Below are positions 25,538 to 35,111 of a stretch of 64,000 nucleotides of DNA, piece after piece. Source of the DNA: an uncultured Chloroflexia bacterium (GTDB taxonomy: Bacteria > Chloroflexota > Limnocylindria > Limnocylindrales > CSP1-4); the NCBI GenBank assembly GCA_963748625.1, contig CAVVJT010000006.1:44603-108602 (forward strand), written 5' to 3'. The stretch's first letter is position 1. Every line of letters begins with the position of its first letter. The notes below the pieces were generated by a model that was not told the origin of the DNA, did not search any database, and worked only from the letters and a program-made list of their open reading frames with translations. The translations under genes were made by a program, and so were the position numbers.

Positions 25538-26839
25538 TCAGGCAGTGTGCGCCCGGGCATCACGTTCGTCCAACGCCGCGACCACTCGGTCGAGCAGCCG
25601 GTCGGCGACCTGGCGCTTGGTGAGCAGCGGCAGGTCGTCCCGGGACCCGTCCGCCGCCAGGATCACGACCCGGTTGGTGTCGGTGCCGAACCCGGAGCCG
25701 GGCTCCGCGACGTCGTTGGCCACGAGGAGGTCCGCGCCCTTGCGGCGGAGCTTGTCCGGTGCCCGGTCCAGGGACCCGGTCTCGGCGGCGAACCCGACGA
25801 TGACGGGACGCGGGTCCAGCTCCCGGGCACGGGCCCCCACCTCGGCGAGGATGTCCTCCGTGGGCTCCAGCTCCAGGGTCAGGCCCCCGCCACGGGTGAG
25901 CTTCGTGTCCGCAGCGCGCCGCGGGCGGAAGTCGGCGACGGCGGCGGCCATCACCAGCACGTCGGCGGGGTGGTCGATCACGGCGTCGAGGACGGCGGTC
26001 CGCATCTCGGCCGTGGACTCGGCGCGGACGATGGCGGCACCGGCGGGCAGCGGGACCTCCAAGCGCCCGACCACGATCGTCACGCGTGCTCCGCGGGCGA
26101 GGGCGGCATCGGCGATCGCAACGCCCATCCTGCCGGTGCTGCGGTTGCCGATGAACCGGACGGGGTCGATGGCCTCGGCGGTCCCGCCGGCGCTGACGAC
26201 GACGTGGCGGCCCTCGAGGTCCGGCTCGACCCAGGGCGCGGTGGCCGGCGGGCGCTCCGAGGCGTCGGGCTGGCGCACGGGCCTGCCCTCGACGGCCGCG
26301 ACCAGCGCGTCCACGATCAGCGACAGGTCCGCGAGCCGCCCGATGCCGGACTGGCCCGACGCGAGCGACCCGATCTCGGGCGGCACGATCCGGTAGCCGA
26401 AGTCCCGCTCCAGGCGCGCGACGTTGTCCTGCGTCGCCCGGTGCGTCCACATGTCGCCGTCCATGGCCGGCGCGACCACGACCGGGGCGGTCGTCGCCAG
26501 GCAGGCCGCCGTCACCGTGTCGTTCGCGATCCCGTTTGCCATCGAGCCCAGCCAGCGGGCCGTGGCGGGCGCGATCACCAGCGCATCGGCGGCGTCGGCG
26601 ACCACGATGTGCCCGATCCGCTGGTCCGGAAGGAGCCCCAGGACGTCCGTCTCCACGGCGTGCCGCGAGAGCGCCGCGAACGTGAGCGGTCCGACGAACT
26701 GGGTCGCGGCCGGCGTGAGCATCACGACGACGTCGGCACCTTCCGTGCGCAGCAGCCGCACCAGCTCCACGGACTTGTAGGCCGCGATCGACCCGCAGAC
26801 GCCAAGGCCGATCAGCCGGCCCTCGAGCCGACCGCTCAC
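25538..26839 (-). CDS. coaBC: Bifunctional phosphopantothenoylcysteine decarboxylase / phosphopantothenate-cysteine ligase
   Basis: From ORF 25538..26950. GTG start in a GTGA overlap with the coaX stop. GVCGSIAAYKSVELVR, APAMDGDMW, VSAGGTAEAIDPVRFIGNRSTGRMG, MAAAVADFRP. Confidence 0.9.
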   Translation of the reverse strand: MSGRLEGRLIGLGVCGSIAAYKSVELVRLLRTEGADVVVMLTPAATQFVGPLTFAALSRHAVETDVLGLLPDQRIGHIVVADAADALVIAPATARWLGSMANGIANDTVTAACLATTAPVVVAPAMDGDMWTHRATQDNVARLERDFGYRIVPPEIGSLASGQSGIGRLADLSLIVDALVAAVEGRPVRQPDASERPPATAPWVEPDLEGRHVVVSAGGTAEAIDPVRFIGNRSTGRMGVAIADAALARGARVTIVVGRLEVPLPAGAAIVRAESTAEMRTAVLDAVIDHPADVLVMAAAVADFRPRRAADTKLTRGGGLTLELEPTEDILAEVGARARELDPRPVIVGFAAETGSLDRAPDKLRRKGADLLVANDVAEPGSGFGTDTNRVVILAADGSRDDLPLLTKRQVADRLLDRVVAALDERDARAHTA

Positions 26840-27645
26840 AGGGTGCCGACCAGCGGCTCGCCACCGGCGACCTCGGCGTAGAGGATCGCGAGGCCCTTGA
26901 GGGTGAGGTCGGGGTCGATGATCTCCACCCCCTCCACGTCGCCGGCCCACGGTTCGATCGAGAGGCCGCCCGTCAGGATTCCGCGAACCCCCTCGAGGCT
27001 CGTGCCGGTCTGCTCGGCGAGCTCGCGGCGGATCCGCGCCAGGAGCCCGGTCACGGCCGCCTGGTAGCCGAAGACCGTGCCGCTCTGCATCGCGCTCACG
27101 GTGTCGCGACCGATCGCGCGGTCGGGCGTGCGCAGCTCGATCCGCGGCAGCCGGGCGGTATTGGCGGCCAGGGCCTCGAGGCCCAGCTTCATGCCCGGGG
27201 CGATCGCCCCGCCCAGGAACGCGCCATCCACGCCGACGCAGTCGTAGGTCGTGGCCGTGCCCATGTCCACGACGACCGCGGGTGCGCCGTAGAGCCGCTG
27301 GGCGGCCAGCGCGTTGACGATCCGGTCCGGGCCCACCTCGCCGGGGCGGTCCACGCGGATGGCGATGGGGATCGTGCCGGGGGCGGCCACGAGGATCGGG
27401 ATGCCGCGCCGGTTGGCGACGGCCTCCACCAGCGCGGTCTGCGACGGCACCACGGAGACGAGCACCGCCCCGCTCGCGCCGTCGAGGCTCCGGCCGTCGA
27501 GCGCGAGGAGGCCGTCCAGCAGCAGCTCGAGCTCATCCGCCGTGGTGGCGCGGTGCGTCCCGGCCCGGCGGGTTCCGACGATCGAGCCACCCTCCACGAG
27601 ACCAAGCGTGATGTTCGTGTTGCCGATGTCGATGGCGAGCAGCAT
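26836..27645 (-). CDS. coaX: Type III pantothenate kinase
   Basis: From ORF 26836..27978; start at MLLAIDIGNTNITLG. VDMGTATTYD, GGAIAPG, LTGGLS. Confidence 0.9.
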   Translation of the reverse strand: MLLAIDIGNTNITLGLVEGGSIVGTRRAGTHRATTADELELLLDGLLALDGRSLDGASGAVLVSVVPSQTALVEAVANRRGIPILVAAPGTIPIAIRVDRPGEVGPDRIVNALAAQRLYGAPAVVVDMGTATTYDCVGVDGAFLGGAIAPGMKLGLEALAANTARLPRIELRTPDRAIGRDTVSAMQSGTVFGYQAAVTGLLARIRRELAEQTGTSLEGVRGILTGGLSIEPWAGDVEGVEIIDPDLTLKGLAILYAEVAGGEPLVGTL

Positions 27646-27874
27646 GCGACGATCATACGTGCGAGCTGCGCGCGGCGACCACGCTGTGCCGTACCGAGGT
27701 TCGCCTTGCCGGAGCGAAGACCGGTTGGACATGGCCCGGAGTCGCGGGACGCTGCGAACCACACCGTCCCGCAACCGGTCCGGTCCGTTAGCATTTGGGC
27801 CTGGTCGCAACGTCCCGGGATGGCGGAGCGGCGAGCCGCTGCCAGCCCCCCACAGCACGCACTGGGAGCCCATC

Positions 27875-28306
27875 GTGGCGAGCGAACCGCCCGCGAAGTT
27901 CTTCGTCAACCAGGGTGTCGTGACCAGCCGGACCGACGTCCAGCACGTCCTGCGCCCGATCCTCAAGCAGACCGTCACCTACCGGTTCTACCGGGGACGG
28001 GATCTCGTCGCGCACGGGACCGGGTGGGTGGAGCGCATCGTTGCCGACGAGCCCGAGATGTCGACGTACTTCACGCCGATCTCGATCTCGGTCAACGTGG
28101 ACTCCTTCGAGCACCTGGAGTTCGAGACCCGCCCCGACCAGCTCCTCGTGTACACCCTGGTCCAGGGCGACGAGCGGGTCGTCATCGAGTTCACGCCCGG
28201 TGCGGGTGGCGACGGAGAGGGACCCTCGGCGCCACGCCAGCTCGAGTTCGACATGGATGGCTTCGTGCAGATGGAGCTCACCGGCCTCGAGGGACCCGAG
28301 GAGTAG
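27875..28306 (+). CDS. Hypothetical protein (143 aa), no family recognised
   Basis: 3' part of ORF 27314..28306. GTG start with GGGAG 8 nt upstream. VASEPPAKFFVNQGVVTSRTDVQHVLRPILKQTVTYRFYRGRDLV... has a plausible composition. Confidence 0.55.
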   Translation: MASEPPAKFFVNQGVVTSRTDVQHVLRPILKQTVTYRFYRGRDLVAHGTGWVERIVADEPEMSTYFTPISISVNVDSFEHLEFETRPDQLLVYTLVQGDERVVIEFTPGAGGDGEGPSAPRQLEFDMDGFVQMELTGLEGPEE

Positions 28307-28360
28307 CGGGGGGACCGGAGAACCAGCGAGGGAGCCGTCCGCTCCGCCCACGACGCCGGG

Positions 28361-29329
28361 CTACCGACCTCGCTCGCCCCGAACGTACGGGATGCCGAGG
28401 GCGGCCGGCGCCCCGATCCGCTTGCGCATCGCCTCGCGCGACCCGACGACGAGCGCAATGAGCACGAGCGCGTAGGGGAGCATGTCGAGGAAGAACGTGT
28501 TCGGGTGGTACTGGTAGAACGGGTTCGCCAGGCCGAGGATCGTGGGCGGCAGCTGCATCGACAGCGTGAGCTGGACGACCGCGCCGAACAGGTAGGCGCC
28601 CGCCGCGGCCCGGAACGGCGACCACTGGGCGAAGATGACGAGCCCGACGGCGATCCAGCCGCGCCCGTTCACGGTGAGCGAGCCGAACCAGCCCGGTTGG
28701 ACGGCGAGCGTGATCGTCGCTCCGGCCAGGCCGGCCAGCATCCCGCCCGCGAACACGTACCGGTACCTGGTCGCGAACACGTTCACGCCCAGCGCGTCGG
28801 CGGCCGCCGGTTCCTCGCCCACCGACCGCAGGTGGAGGCCCGGTCGCGTCCGGTTGATCCAGTACCAGGTTGCGGGCACCAGCAGGTAGCCGACGTAGAC
28901 AAGGATGCTCTGCTCGGTGAACGCGATCCGACCGAGCACCGGGATCTCCGAGAGCAGCGGGATCGAGAAGCGGGGCAGGAGGGAGATCGCCCCCGCCTTG
29001 CTGAGCCCCTCCCCGAGCACGCGCGCCAGGCCGGTTCCGAGGAACGTGAGGGCCAGCCCGGAGACGACCTGGTCGGCGCGGAACGTGATCGTGATGATCG
29101 CGTGGAGGAGGCTGAGGAGCCCGCCCGCGAGCATCGCGGCCACGACGCCCAGCCACGGGTTGCCGGACGACACGGCGGTGGCATAGCCCACGACGGCGCC
29201 AAGGAGCATCATCCCTTCGACGCCCAGGTTGATGACCCCGGATCGCTCGGCGAGGATCTCGCCCACGGCCGCGAACAGGAGGATCGTCCCAACCGCGATC
29301 CCGGCCGCCGCGATCAGCTCGAGGTCCAC
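28361..29329 (-). CDS. ABC transporter permease (BMP/nucleoside-type, YufQ/NupQ-like)
   Basis: 322 aa. FAAVGEILAERSGVINLGVEGMMLLGA is typical of this permease family. Confidence 0.9.
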   Translation of the reverse strand: MDLELIAAAGIAVGTILLFAAVGEILAERSGVINLGVEGMMLLGAVVGYATAVSSGNPWLGVVAAMLAGGLLSLLHAIITITFRADQVVSGLALTFLGTGLARVLGEGLSKAGAISLLPRFSIPLLSEIPVLGRIAFTEQSILVYVGYLLVPATWYWINRTRPGLHLRSVGEEPAAADALGVNVFATRYRYVFAGGMLAGLAGATITLAVQPGWFGSLTVNGRGWIAVGLVIFAQWSPFRAAAGAYLFGAVVQLTLSMQLPPTILGLANPFYQYHPNTFFLDMLPYALVLIALVVGSREAMRKRIGAPAALGIPYVRGERGR

Positions 29330-29330
29330 G

Positions 29331-30329
29331 CTATCGCTCCACGCCGGCGACTGCGCCCGCAGACGACAGGCGGCGGACGATGCTGACCCGGTAGCGCAGG
29401 AAGACCTCGCTCGCGATCAGGCAGAACAGGATGATCCCCTGGATCATCGCCGGCACACCCGAGGGCTGGATCTCGCGGCCGGCGAGGATGAGCGCCCCGA
29501 ACAGGATTGCGACCGGCACGACCCGCAGTGGGTGGAACTTCGCCAGGTAGGCGACGATGATCGCCGTGAAGCCGTAGCCGGGCGAGAAGTTGTCCTGGAG
29601 GCGGTGCACGACGCCCGAGACCTCCGTCATCCCCGCGATCCCCGCCAGGCCTCCGGACACGGCGAACACGAGCAGGATGTTCCGTGAGATCCGGATCCCG
29701 GCGTACTTCGCGGCTCGAGGGCTGTCGCCGATGAGCCGGATCTCGTAGCCCCACGCGCTGCGCTCGACGATGAGCCAGACCACCACCGCCGCCACGAGCG
29801 CGACGACGAACCCGCCATGGACCGTCAGACCGCTGAACGCGGGGTATGCGTCCGCGAGGTCGTCGAGGCGGGGGAGCCATGCCTCGACGGGGAACTGCGC
29901 CGTCATCTGGAACCCCCCCTCGGTCCATGGCCCGAACACCCAGTACTGGATCCAGGCGAGGGCGATGAAGTTGAGCATCAGGGTGGCGATGATCTCGTTG
30001 ACACCAAAGCGCGCCTTGAGGATCCCCGGGATCAGGCCCCACGCGGCCCCGCCGAGGAAGCCCGCGACCAGCATGACCGGCAGGACCACGAACCCCGGCG
30101 TCCCGGCCGGCAGGAGTGGAGCCAGGACCACGGCGCTGGCCGCCCAGGCACCGAGGTGCAGCTGGCCTTCCGCACCGATGTTCCAGAGCCGCATCCGGAA
30201 GGCGAGGGCACAGGCGAGGCCGGTCAGGATGAGCGGGGTGGACTTGACGAGCGTGTCCGAGATGGCGCCGACGCTGCCCAGGGACGAGCCGACGATGTGG
30301 ACGTAGACCCGGATCGGGTCGGCGCCCAC
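29331..30329 (-). CDS. ABC transporter permease (YufP/NupP-like); the true N-terminus probably lies upstream (to about 30446-30468)
   Basis: ORF-track ORF with LILTGLACALAFRMRLWNIGAEGQLHLGAW. The same frame stays open upstream and encodes an obvious first TM (LSLEPRLETSRWLSPALTAGALIVALVISGLILAIVG), but no ATG/GTG/TTG start is present. See findings. Confidence 0.85.
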   Translation of the reverse strand: MGADPIRVYVHIVGSSLGSVGAISDTLVKSTPLILTGLACALAFRMRLWNIGAEGQLHLGAWAASAVVLAPLLPAGTPGFVVLPVMLVAGFLGGAAWGLIPGILKARFGVNEIIATLMLNFIALAWIQYWVFGPWTEGGFQMTAQFPVEAWLPRLDDLADAYPAFSGLTVHGGFVVALVAAVVVWLIVERSAWGYEIRLIGDSPRAAKYAGIRISRNILLVFAVSGGLAGIAGMTEVSGVVHRLQDNFSPGYGFTAIIVAYLAKFHPLRVVPVAILFGALILAGREIQPSGVPAMIQGIILFCLIASEVFLRYRVSIVRRLSSAGAVAGVER

Positions 30330-30464
30330 GATGGCCAGGATGAGCCCCGAGATGACGAGCGCGACGATCAGGGCGCCCGCCGTCAGGGCCGGCGACAGCC
30401 AGCGCGACGTCTCGAGTCGCGGCTCGAGGCTCAGCGTGTACGGCAGGCCGCCACGACAGAATCG

Positions 30465-32081
30465 TCATCCCGCGCCTCCGTCGGTCGCAGGCTCCGGCGC
30501 GTGGTCGCCGCTCGTGCCGCCCGTCATCAGCAGGCCGATCCGGGCGATATCGGTATCCGCGGCGTCGGTGATCCCGGCGATCCGTCCTTCGTACAGCACG
30601 GCAACCCGGTCCGAGAGCGCGAGGATCTCGTCGAGATCCTCCGAGATGAGGAGGATCGCAGCGCCCGCGGCCCGCCGCTCGAGGAGCAGCCGGTGGGCCA
30701 GCTCGACCGCGCCCACGTCCAGCCCGCGGGTGGGCTGGACGGCGATCATCAGGCGCGGCTCGGACTCGATCTCGCGCGCCAGGATCAGGCGCTGGATGTT
30801 GCCCCCGGAGAGCAGGCGGGCCTGGGTCTCGATCGATGGAGCCACGATGTCGTAGCCGTCCTTCAGCTGGCTGGCGGCGGCCCGGGCCGCGCCCATGTCG
30901 ATCGTCCAGCCGTGCCCGATTGGCGAGGCGCGGTAACGCTTCATGATCAGGTTGTCGACCAGCGACAGGTTCGGCGCGGTACCGACGCCGGTTCGGTCTT
31001 CGGGCACGTGCGCCACGCCGCGCTGGATCGCCTTGCGGACCGGCCGGTTGGCGATGTCCTCGCCACCGACCAGGACGCGACCACGGCACGGGCGCAGGCC
31101 GGTGATGACCTCGGCCAGCTCGCTCTGGCCGTTGCCCGCGACGGCTGCGATGCCGACGATCTCGCCGGCGCGGACCTCGAGCGAGACGCCGCGCAGGGCG
31201 GGCACTCCCTTGTCGCCGTCCGCCTCGACCTGCTCGAGGGCGAGCACGGTGTCGCCGGGGGGCATCGGCGTGCGCTCCAGGCTCTCGAGGATCTCGCGGC
31301 CGACCATCAGCGTGGCGAGCTGGGCCTGCGTGGCGCCCGCCGCAGGCAGCGACGCGGCCGTGACCTTCCCCCTGCGCATGACGGTGATCCGGTCCGCGAT
31401 CGAGAGGACCTCGCCGAGCTTGTGGCTGATGAACACCACGCTGCGCCCTGCCGCCGTCATCGACCGCAGCGTCCGGAACAGGTCGTCGATCTCCTGCGGC
31501 GCCAGGACCGCCGTCGGCTCGTCCATGATCAGGACCCGGGCGCCGCGATACAGCACCTTGAGGATCTCGACCCGCTGTCGCTCGCCGACGGACAGCTGCC
31601 AGACCCTCGCCCGCGGGTCGACGCTCAGGCCGTGCTCCTCCGCGAGGCGGCCGATCTCGGCGTCGTAGCGGCCGAGGTCGAGCCGGAAGCGTGGCTGGTC
31701 GAGGCCGATGATGACGTTCTCGGTGACGGTCATCGACGCGACCAGCGTGAAGTGCTGATGGACCATCCCGAGGCCGGCGGCGATCGCGTCCCGCGGGGAG
31801 CGGAACGCCATCGGCCGCCCGTCGATGAGGATCTCCCCGGCATCGGGCTGGTACAGCCCGTCGAGGATGTTCATCAGCGTGCTCTTCCCGGCGCCGTTCT
31901 CGCCGAGGAGGGCATGGACCTCGCCGGTCGCGAGGGCGAAGTCGACGCCGTCGTTGGCGACGACGCCCGGGAACCGCTTGACGATGCCGCGGAGCTCGAC
32001 GGCCGGCACCGGTCCGGCGACGGCCGTCGGTCGCTGCCCGCTCACCGGGGTGCGGTCAATGCCGGAGGGCGCCTGGTGCAC
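30465..32081 (-). CDS. ABC transporter ATP-binding protein with duplicated ATPase domains
   Basis: From ORF 30465..32183. GTG start with GGAGGG upstream. Walker A GENGAGKST and a second site AGNGQSEL. Signature LSVGERQR, Walker B VLIMDEPT. Confidence 0.9.
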   Translation of the reverse strand: MHQAPSGIDRTPVSGQRPTAVAGPVPAVELRGIVKRFPGVVANDGVDFALATGEVHALLGENGAGKSTLMNILDGLYQPDAGEILIDGRPMAFRSPRDAIAAGLGMVHQHFTLVASMTVTENVIIGLDQPRFRLDLGRYDAEIGRLAEEHGLSVDPRARVWQLSVGERQRVEILKVLYRGARVLIMDEPTAVLAPQEIDDLFRTLRSMTAAGRSVVFISHKLGEVLSIADRITVMRRGKVTAASLPAAGATQAQLATLMVGREILESLERTPMPPGDTVLALEQVEADGDKGVPALRGVSLEVRAGEIVGIAAVAGNGQSELAEVITGLRPCRGRVLVGGEDIANRPVRKAIQRGVAHVPEDRTGVGTAPNLSLVDNLIMKRYRASPIGHGWTIDMGAARAAASQLKDGYDIVAPSIETQARLLSGGNIQRLILAREIESEPRLMIAVQPTRGLDVGAVELAHRLLLERRAAGAAILLISEDLDEILALSDRVAVLYEGRIAGITDAADTDIARIGLLMTGGTSGDHAPEPATDGGAG

Positions 32082-32116
32082 GCGGTCGCACCCTCCGGCA
32101 TCGAGGTTCCTTGCGC

Positions 32117-33379
32117 CTAGTTGCCGAGCTTCGGCAACTCGGCCGTGATGCCCTCGTTCCACCAGTACATGCAGGTTGTGCACTCGGAGCCGGGGGCGCC
32201 GGGCGGGAACTGGTCGAGGTCGGACTGCTGGAGCTTCTTGCCTTCGGCGAGGAGGGTCTTGCCGGTGTTGTCCACGATCGGGCCGGGGAACACGATGTCG
32301 AACCGCCCGGTGCTGCTCTTGAGCATCGTCGCGAGCGTGTCCTTCACCAGCTTCAGGTCGGCTTCCGGCAGGGTGGCCACGCCCTTGCGCAGCGTCTCGC
32401 CCTCCATGAAGCCCAGCAGGCCCATGGCGCCGGCGTCGGCGTCGAAGTACTCGTAGCCGGCCTTATAGGTCTTGGCCTTGACCTGCTCCGCGATCCGGCT
32501 GTACTCCGGACCCCAGATCCAGTACGGGGCGGTCAGACAGGCGTCCACCTTGCAGGAGGCCGGGTGGTCATACGTGATGCCCCACTTGCCCTTCTCCTGC
32601 GCGACGTCGGCGACGGCACCCGTGTCCGCGCCGGTGAAGACAACCTGGGCTCCGGCGTCGAACAGGGCGGTGGCGCCGGCCTTCTCCTTGATCGGGTCGT
32701 GCCAGGTGTTGATGAACACGACGTCCATCGTGCACTCGGGGCAGGTCTCCTTGACGCCGCGCATGATCGCGTTGCCCAAGCGGAGCTCCTCGGGGATCGG
32801 GAACGTGGCCATGTACCCGACCTTCGGGTTGCCGTCGGCCTTCGCGCGCGAGCCGGCGAGCATGCCGGCGAGGTACTTCATGGTCTCCATCGCGCCGAAG
32901 AAGTTGCCGAAGTTCTTGCCGTTGCTCTTGTACCCGGTCAGGTGGAGGAACGTCTGGTCGGGGAACTCGGTGGCGACGGTCTCCATCGGGTCCATGTACC
33001 CGAAGGACGTGCCGATGATGAAGTTGAAGCCCTTGCGCCCGAGCGACCGGAAGGTCTGCTCGGAGTCGGCACCCTCGGGCACGTTCTCGATGTACGCGAT
33101 GTGGGTGTTGTCGACGTTCTCGCACAGGTACTGGAGGCCCTCGTAGTGGGCCTGGCTCCAGCCGCCGTCGTCATGCGGTCCGATGAGGACCATGGCGACG
33201 TTGAACTTGCCCTCCACGGCCTCGGGGATCTGGGTGCCCGCCGCGGCACCCGCGACACAGCCCGTGGCCGACGAAGCCGCCTCCGACGCCGCCGGGCTCG
33301 AGGCTGCCTGTGAGCATCCACCGAGCACCAGCGATCCCGCCATCAGCAATGCCAGGACCCGCCCAGTTCGACCGACCAT
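32117..33379 (-). CDS. BMP family (PnrA/Med-like) ABC substrate-binding lipoprotein
   Basis: 420 aa. Signal peptide plus lipobox LVLGGC. NVAMVLIGPHDDGGWSQAHYEG, FIIGTSFGY, FINTWHDP. GAGGAG SD. Confidence 0.9.
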   Translation of the reverse strand: MVGRTGRVLALLMAGSLVLGGCSQAASSPAASEAASSATGCVAGAAAGTQIPEAVEGKFNVAMVLIGPHDDGGWSQAHYEGLQYLCENVDNTHIAYIENVPEGADSEQTFRSLGRKGFNFIIGTSFGYMDPMETVATEFPDQTFLHLTGYKSNGKNFGNFFGAMETMKYLAGMLAGSRAKADGNPKVGYMATFPIPEELRLGNAIMRGVKETCPECTMDVVFINTWHDPIKEKAGATALFDAGAQVVFTGADTGAVADVAQEKGKWGITYDHPASCKVDACLTAPYWIWGPEYSRIAEQVKAKTYKAGYEYFDADAGAMGLLGFMEGETLRKGVATLPEADLKLVKDTLATMLKSSTGRFDIVFPGPIVDNTGKTLLAEGKKLQQSDLDQFPPGAPGSECTTCMYWWNEGITAELPKLGN

Positions 33380-33466
33380 CGATAGCTCTCCTCACTCGCG
33401 GGACGCGGCTTGGCACACGCAGGACCGCGCGACACGCCCCGCCGTCGGTCGTCGTGCTAGGCCGCC

Positions 33467-33476
33467 ATCATAGGCT
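33467..33476. promoter_or_regulatory. Possible overlapping divergent -10 boxes (TATGAT on the minus strand, TAGGCT on the plus strand)
   Basis: Located in the 208-bp divergent region between the BMP operon and the M16 peptidase gene. Hexamer resemblance only. Confidence 0.2.
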
Positions 33477-33587
33477 GCATCGGCGGCCGCGAAGTCACGC
33501 GCGCGTCGCCATCGGGATGCCGTGTGGTTGCGGCCCGACCGCGTCGTCTCCGCCCGGCCGACGGCGCTCGGGCTACCATCGCTCACG

Positions 33588-34856
33588 ATGTTCCAACGCA
33601 CCGAGCTGCCCGCGGGGCCGCGCGTCATCTCCGCCCGTCTCCCGGGCTCCCGATCCGTCGCCGTCGCCGCGTACGTGCTGGCCGGGTCGCGCCTGGAGTC
33701 GACCTCGGAGGCCGGCGTCGCGCACTTCATGGAGCACCTCACGTTCAAGGGCACGGCCCGCTACCCGTCGAGCCGGGCGATCAGCGAGGCGGTCGAGGGC
33801 GTGGGCGGGTCCGCGAACGCCGCGACGGACCGCGAGTCCACCGTCTACTGGGCCCGCGTCCCGCGCCGCGAGGCCGCCAGGGCGATCGACGTCCTGGGCG
33901 AGCTCGTCGTGCGTCCCCGCCTGACCGACGCCGACATCGACCAGGAGCGGACGGTCATCGTCGAGGAGATCCGCTCGTACCTCGACGACCCGGCCGAGTA
34001 CTGCCAGATGCTGATCCAGACCGCCGTCTTCGGGGACGGGCCGCTGGGTCGCGAGATCTGCGGCGACGAGGCAGGGATCCGTTCCCTGCCGGCGGCCGCG
34101 ATCCACGACTTCTGGGGCGCGCTGTACCGGCCGTCGAACACGGTCGTCGCCGTGGCGGGGGACCTCGAGCACGACGAGGTGGTGGACCTGGTTGCGGCGG
34201 CGTTCGGGTCCGGGGACGGGGTCGTGCCGACGGCACCGGCCGCGCCCGCGCTCCCGGCGGGACCGCGGGTGCTGACCGGCAAGCGCGACACCTCGCAGGC
34301 GCAGCTGTCGATCGCCCTGCCGGGCCTCGGCCGGGACCACGCGGACGCCTGGAACCTCGCGGTCCTCAACGCCGTGCTGGGCGACGGCATGTCGAGCCGC
34401 CTGTTCCTGGGCGTGCGCGAGGAGCTGGGGCTGGCCTACGACGTCTCGTCGGGCGTCGTGGAGTACGCCGACGCCGGTGCCATCGAGATCTCGGCCGGCG
34501 TGGACCCGGCGCAGCTGCCGGCGGCGATCGAGGCGATCCTGGCCGAGCTCGTGCGGCTGGTGGACGAGCCGGTTGCCGCCGAGGAGCTGGCGAAGGCGAA
34601 GGCGTACCTCTCGGGCGGCCTGGAGCTGCGGATGGACGACACGCGCCATCTCGCGTCGTGGATCGGCGGGCAGGAGGCGCTCCACGACCGCGTGTACACG
34701 CTGGACGATGCGCTCGCCGCCGTCGAGGCCGTGCGCTCCGAGGACATCCAGCGGCTCGCGGGCGTCCTGTTCCGGGACGATGCGCTGCGGATGGCGGTGG
34801 TGGCGCCGGGGCGCTACCTCCGCGGGCTGGATCGTCACCTGCGGCTCGCGCGATGA
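33588..34856 (+). CDS. M16 family zinc peptidase (insulinase/PqqL-like)
   Basis: From ORF 33522..34856; start at MFQRTELP. Inverted zinc motif HFMEHLTFKG and a downstream EE in RTVIVEEI. Confidence 0.9.
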   Translation: MFQRTELPAGPRVISARLPGSRSVAVAAYVLAGSRLESTSEAGVAHFMEHLTFKGTARYPSSRAISEAVEGVGGSANAATDRESTVYWARVPRREAARAIDVLGELVVRPRLTDADIDQERTVIVEEIRSYLDDPAEYCQMLIQTAVFGDGPLGREICGDEAGIRSLPAAAIHDFWGALYRPSNTVVAVAGDLEHDEVVDLVAAAFGSGDGVVPTAPAAPALPAGPRVLTGKRDTSQAQLSIALPGLGRDHADAWNLAVLNAVLGDGMSSRLFLGVREELGLAYDVSSGVVEYADAGAIEISAGVDPAQLPAAIEAILAELVRLVDEPVAAEELAKAKAYLSGGLELRMDDTRHLASWIGGQEALHDRVYTLDDALAAVEAVRSEDIQRLAGVLFRDDALRMAVVAPGRYLRGLDRHLRLAR

Positions 34857-35070
34857 GGGCGCGCAGCCGACGGCCGGACCCGGACGACGAGCTGGCGGCC
34901 GCTGACGAGGATCCGGTGGCAGTCGAAGGCTCGATCGAGGTCGTCGATCCGGTATCGGGCTGGACGAGCGGCCGAACGAGCCGCGACACCGAGCCCGTGG
35001 CCGACACCGAGCCCGTGGCCGACACCGAGCCCGCTGGCCGACACCGAGGCCCGCGGCCGACACCGAGCCC
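34853..35070 (+). CDS. 5' fragment of the downstream TPR-like gene (acidic N-terminus + DTEPVA repeats), in a different frame from the TPR part
   Basis: The ATG at 34853 overlaps the M16 stop (ATGA). MRARSRRPDPDDELAAADEDPVAVEGSIEVVDPVSGW...[12 protein letters not shown]. The frame is lost inside the repeat array. Confidence 0.35.
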
Positions 35071-35111
35071 GTGGCCGACACCGAGCCGCGCGGCCGACAC
35101 CGAGCCCGGCC
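34985..35111 (+). repeat. Imperfect tandem repeat, seven units of GACACCGAGCCCGTGGCC (unit lengths 18/18/19/19/18/19/16)
   Basis: Read directly. Units 1-2 encode DTEPVA in the 34853 frame. The length-variant units shift the frame. Confidence 0.85.

Noticed and set aside
30465-30467. TGA read-through or selenocysteine producing an ATPase-permease fusion
   Set aside because: Although the permease N-terminus is in-frame right after the TGA, no SECIS-like hairpin is evident. ATPase-permease fusions in this transporter family are not expected. An ATGA-coupled start plus a one-base indel explains the data more simply.
29817-32120. Long ORFs antisense to real genes: 29817..32120 (767 aa). The same applies to 46112..48655, 57130..59649, 60009..62777, 51733..53232, 39952..42114 and 33573..35327.
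   Set aside because: All are antisense or out of frame relative to genes with strong family motifs (ABC ATPase, serS, trp genes, glgC, hppA, M16 peptidase), and all show Arg/Asp/Gly/His-rich shadow composition.
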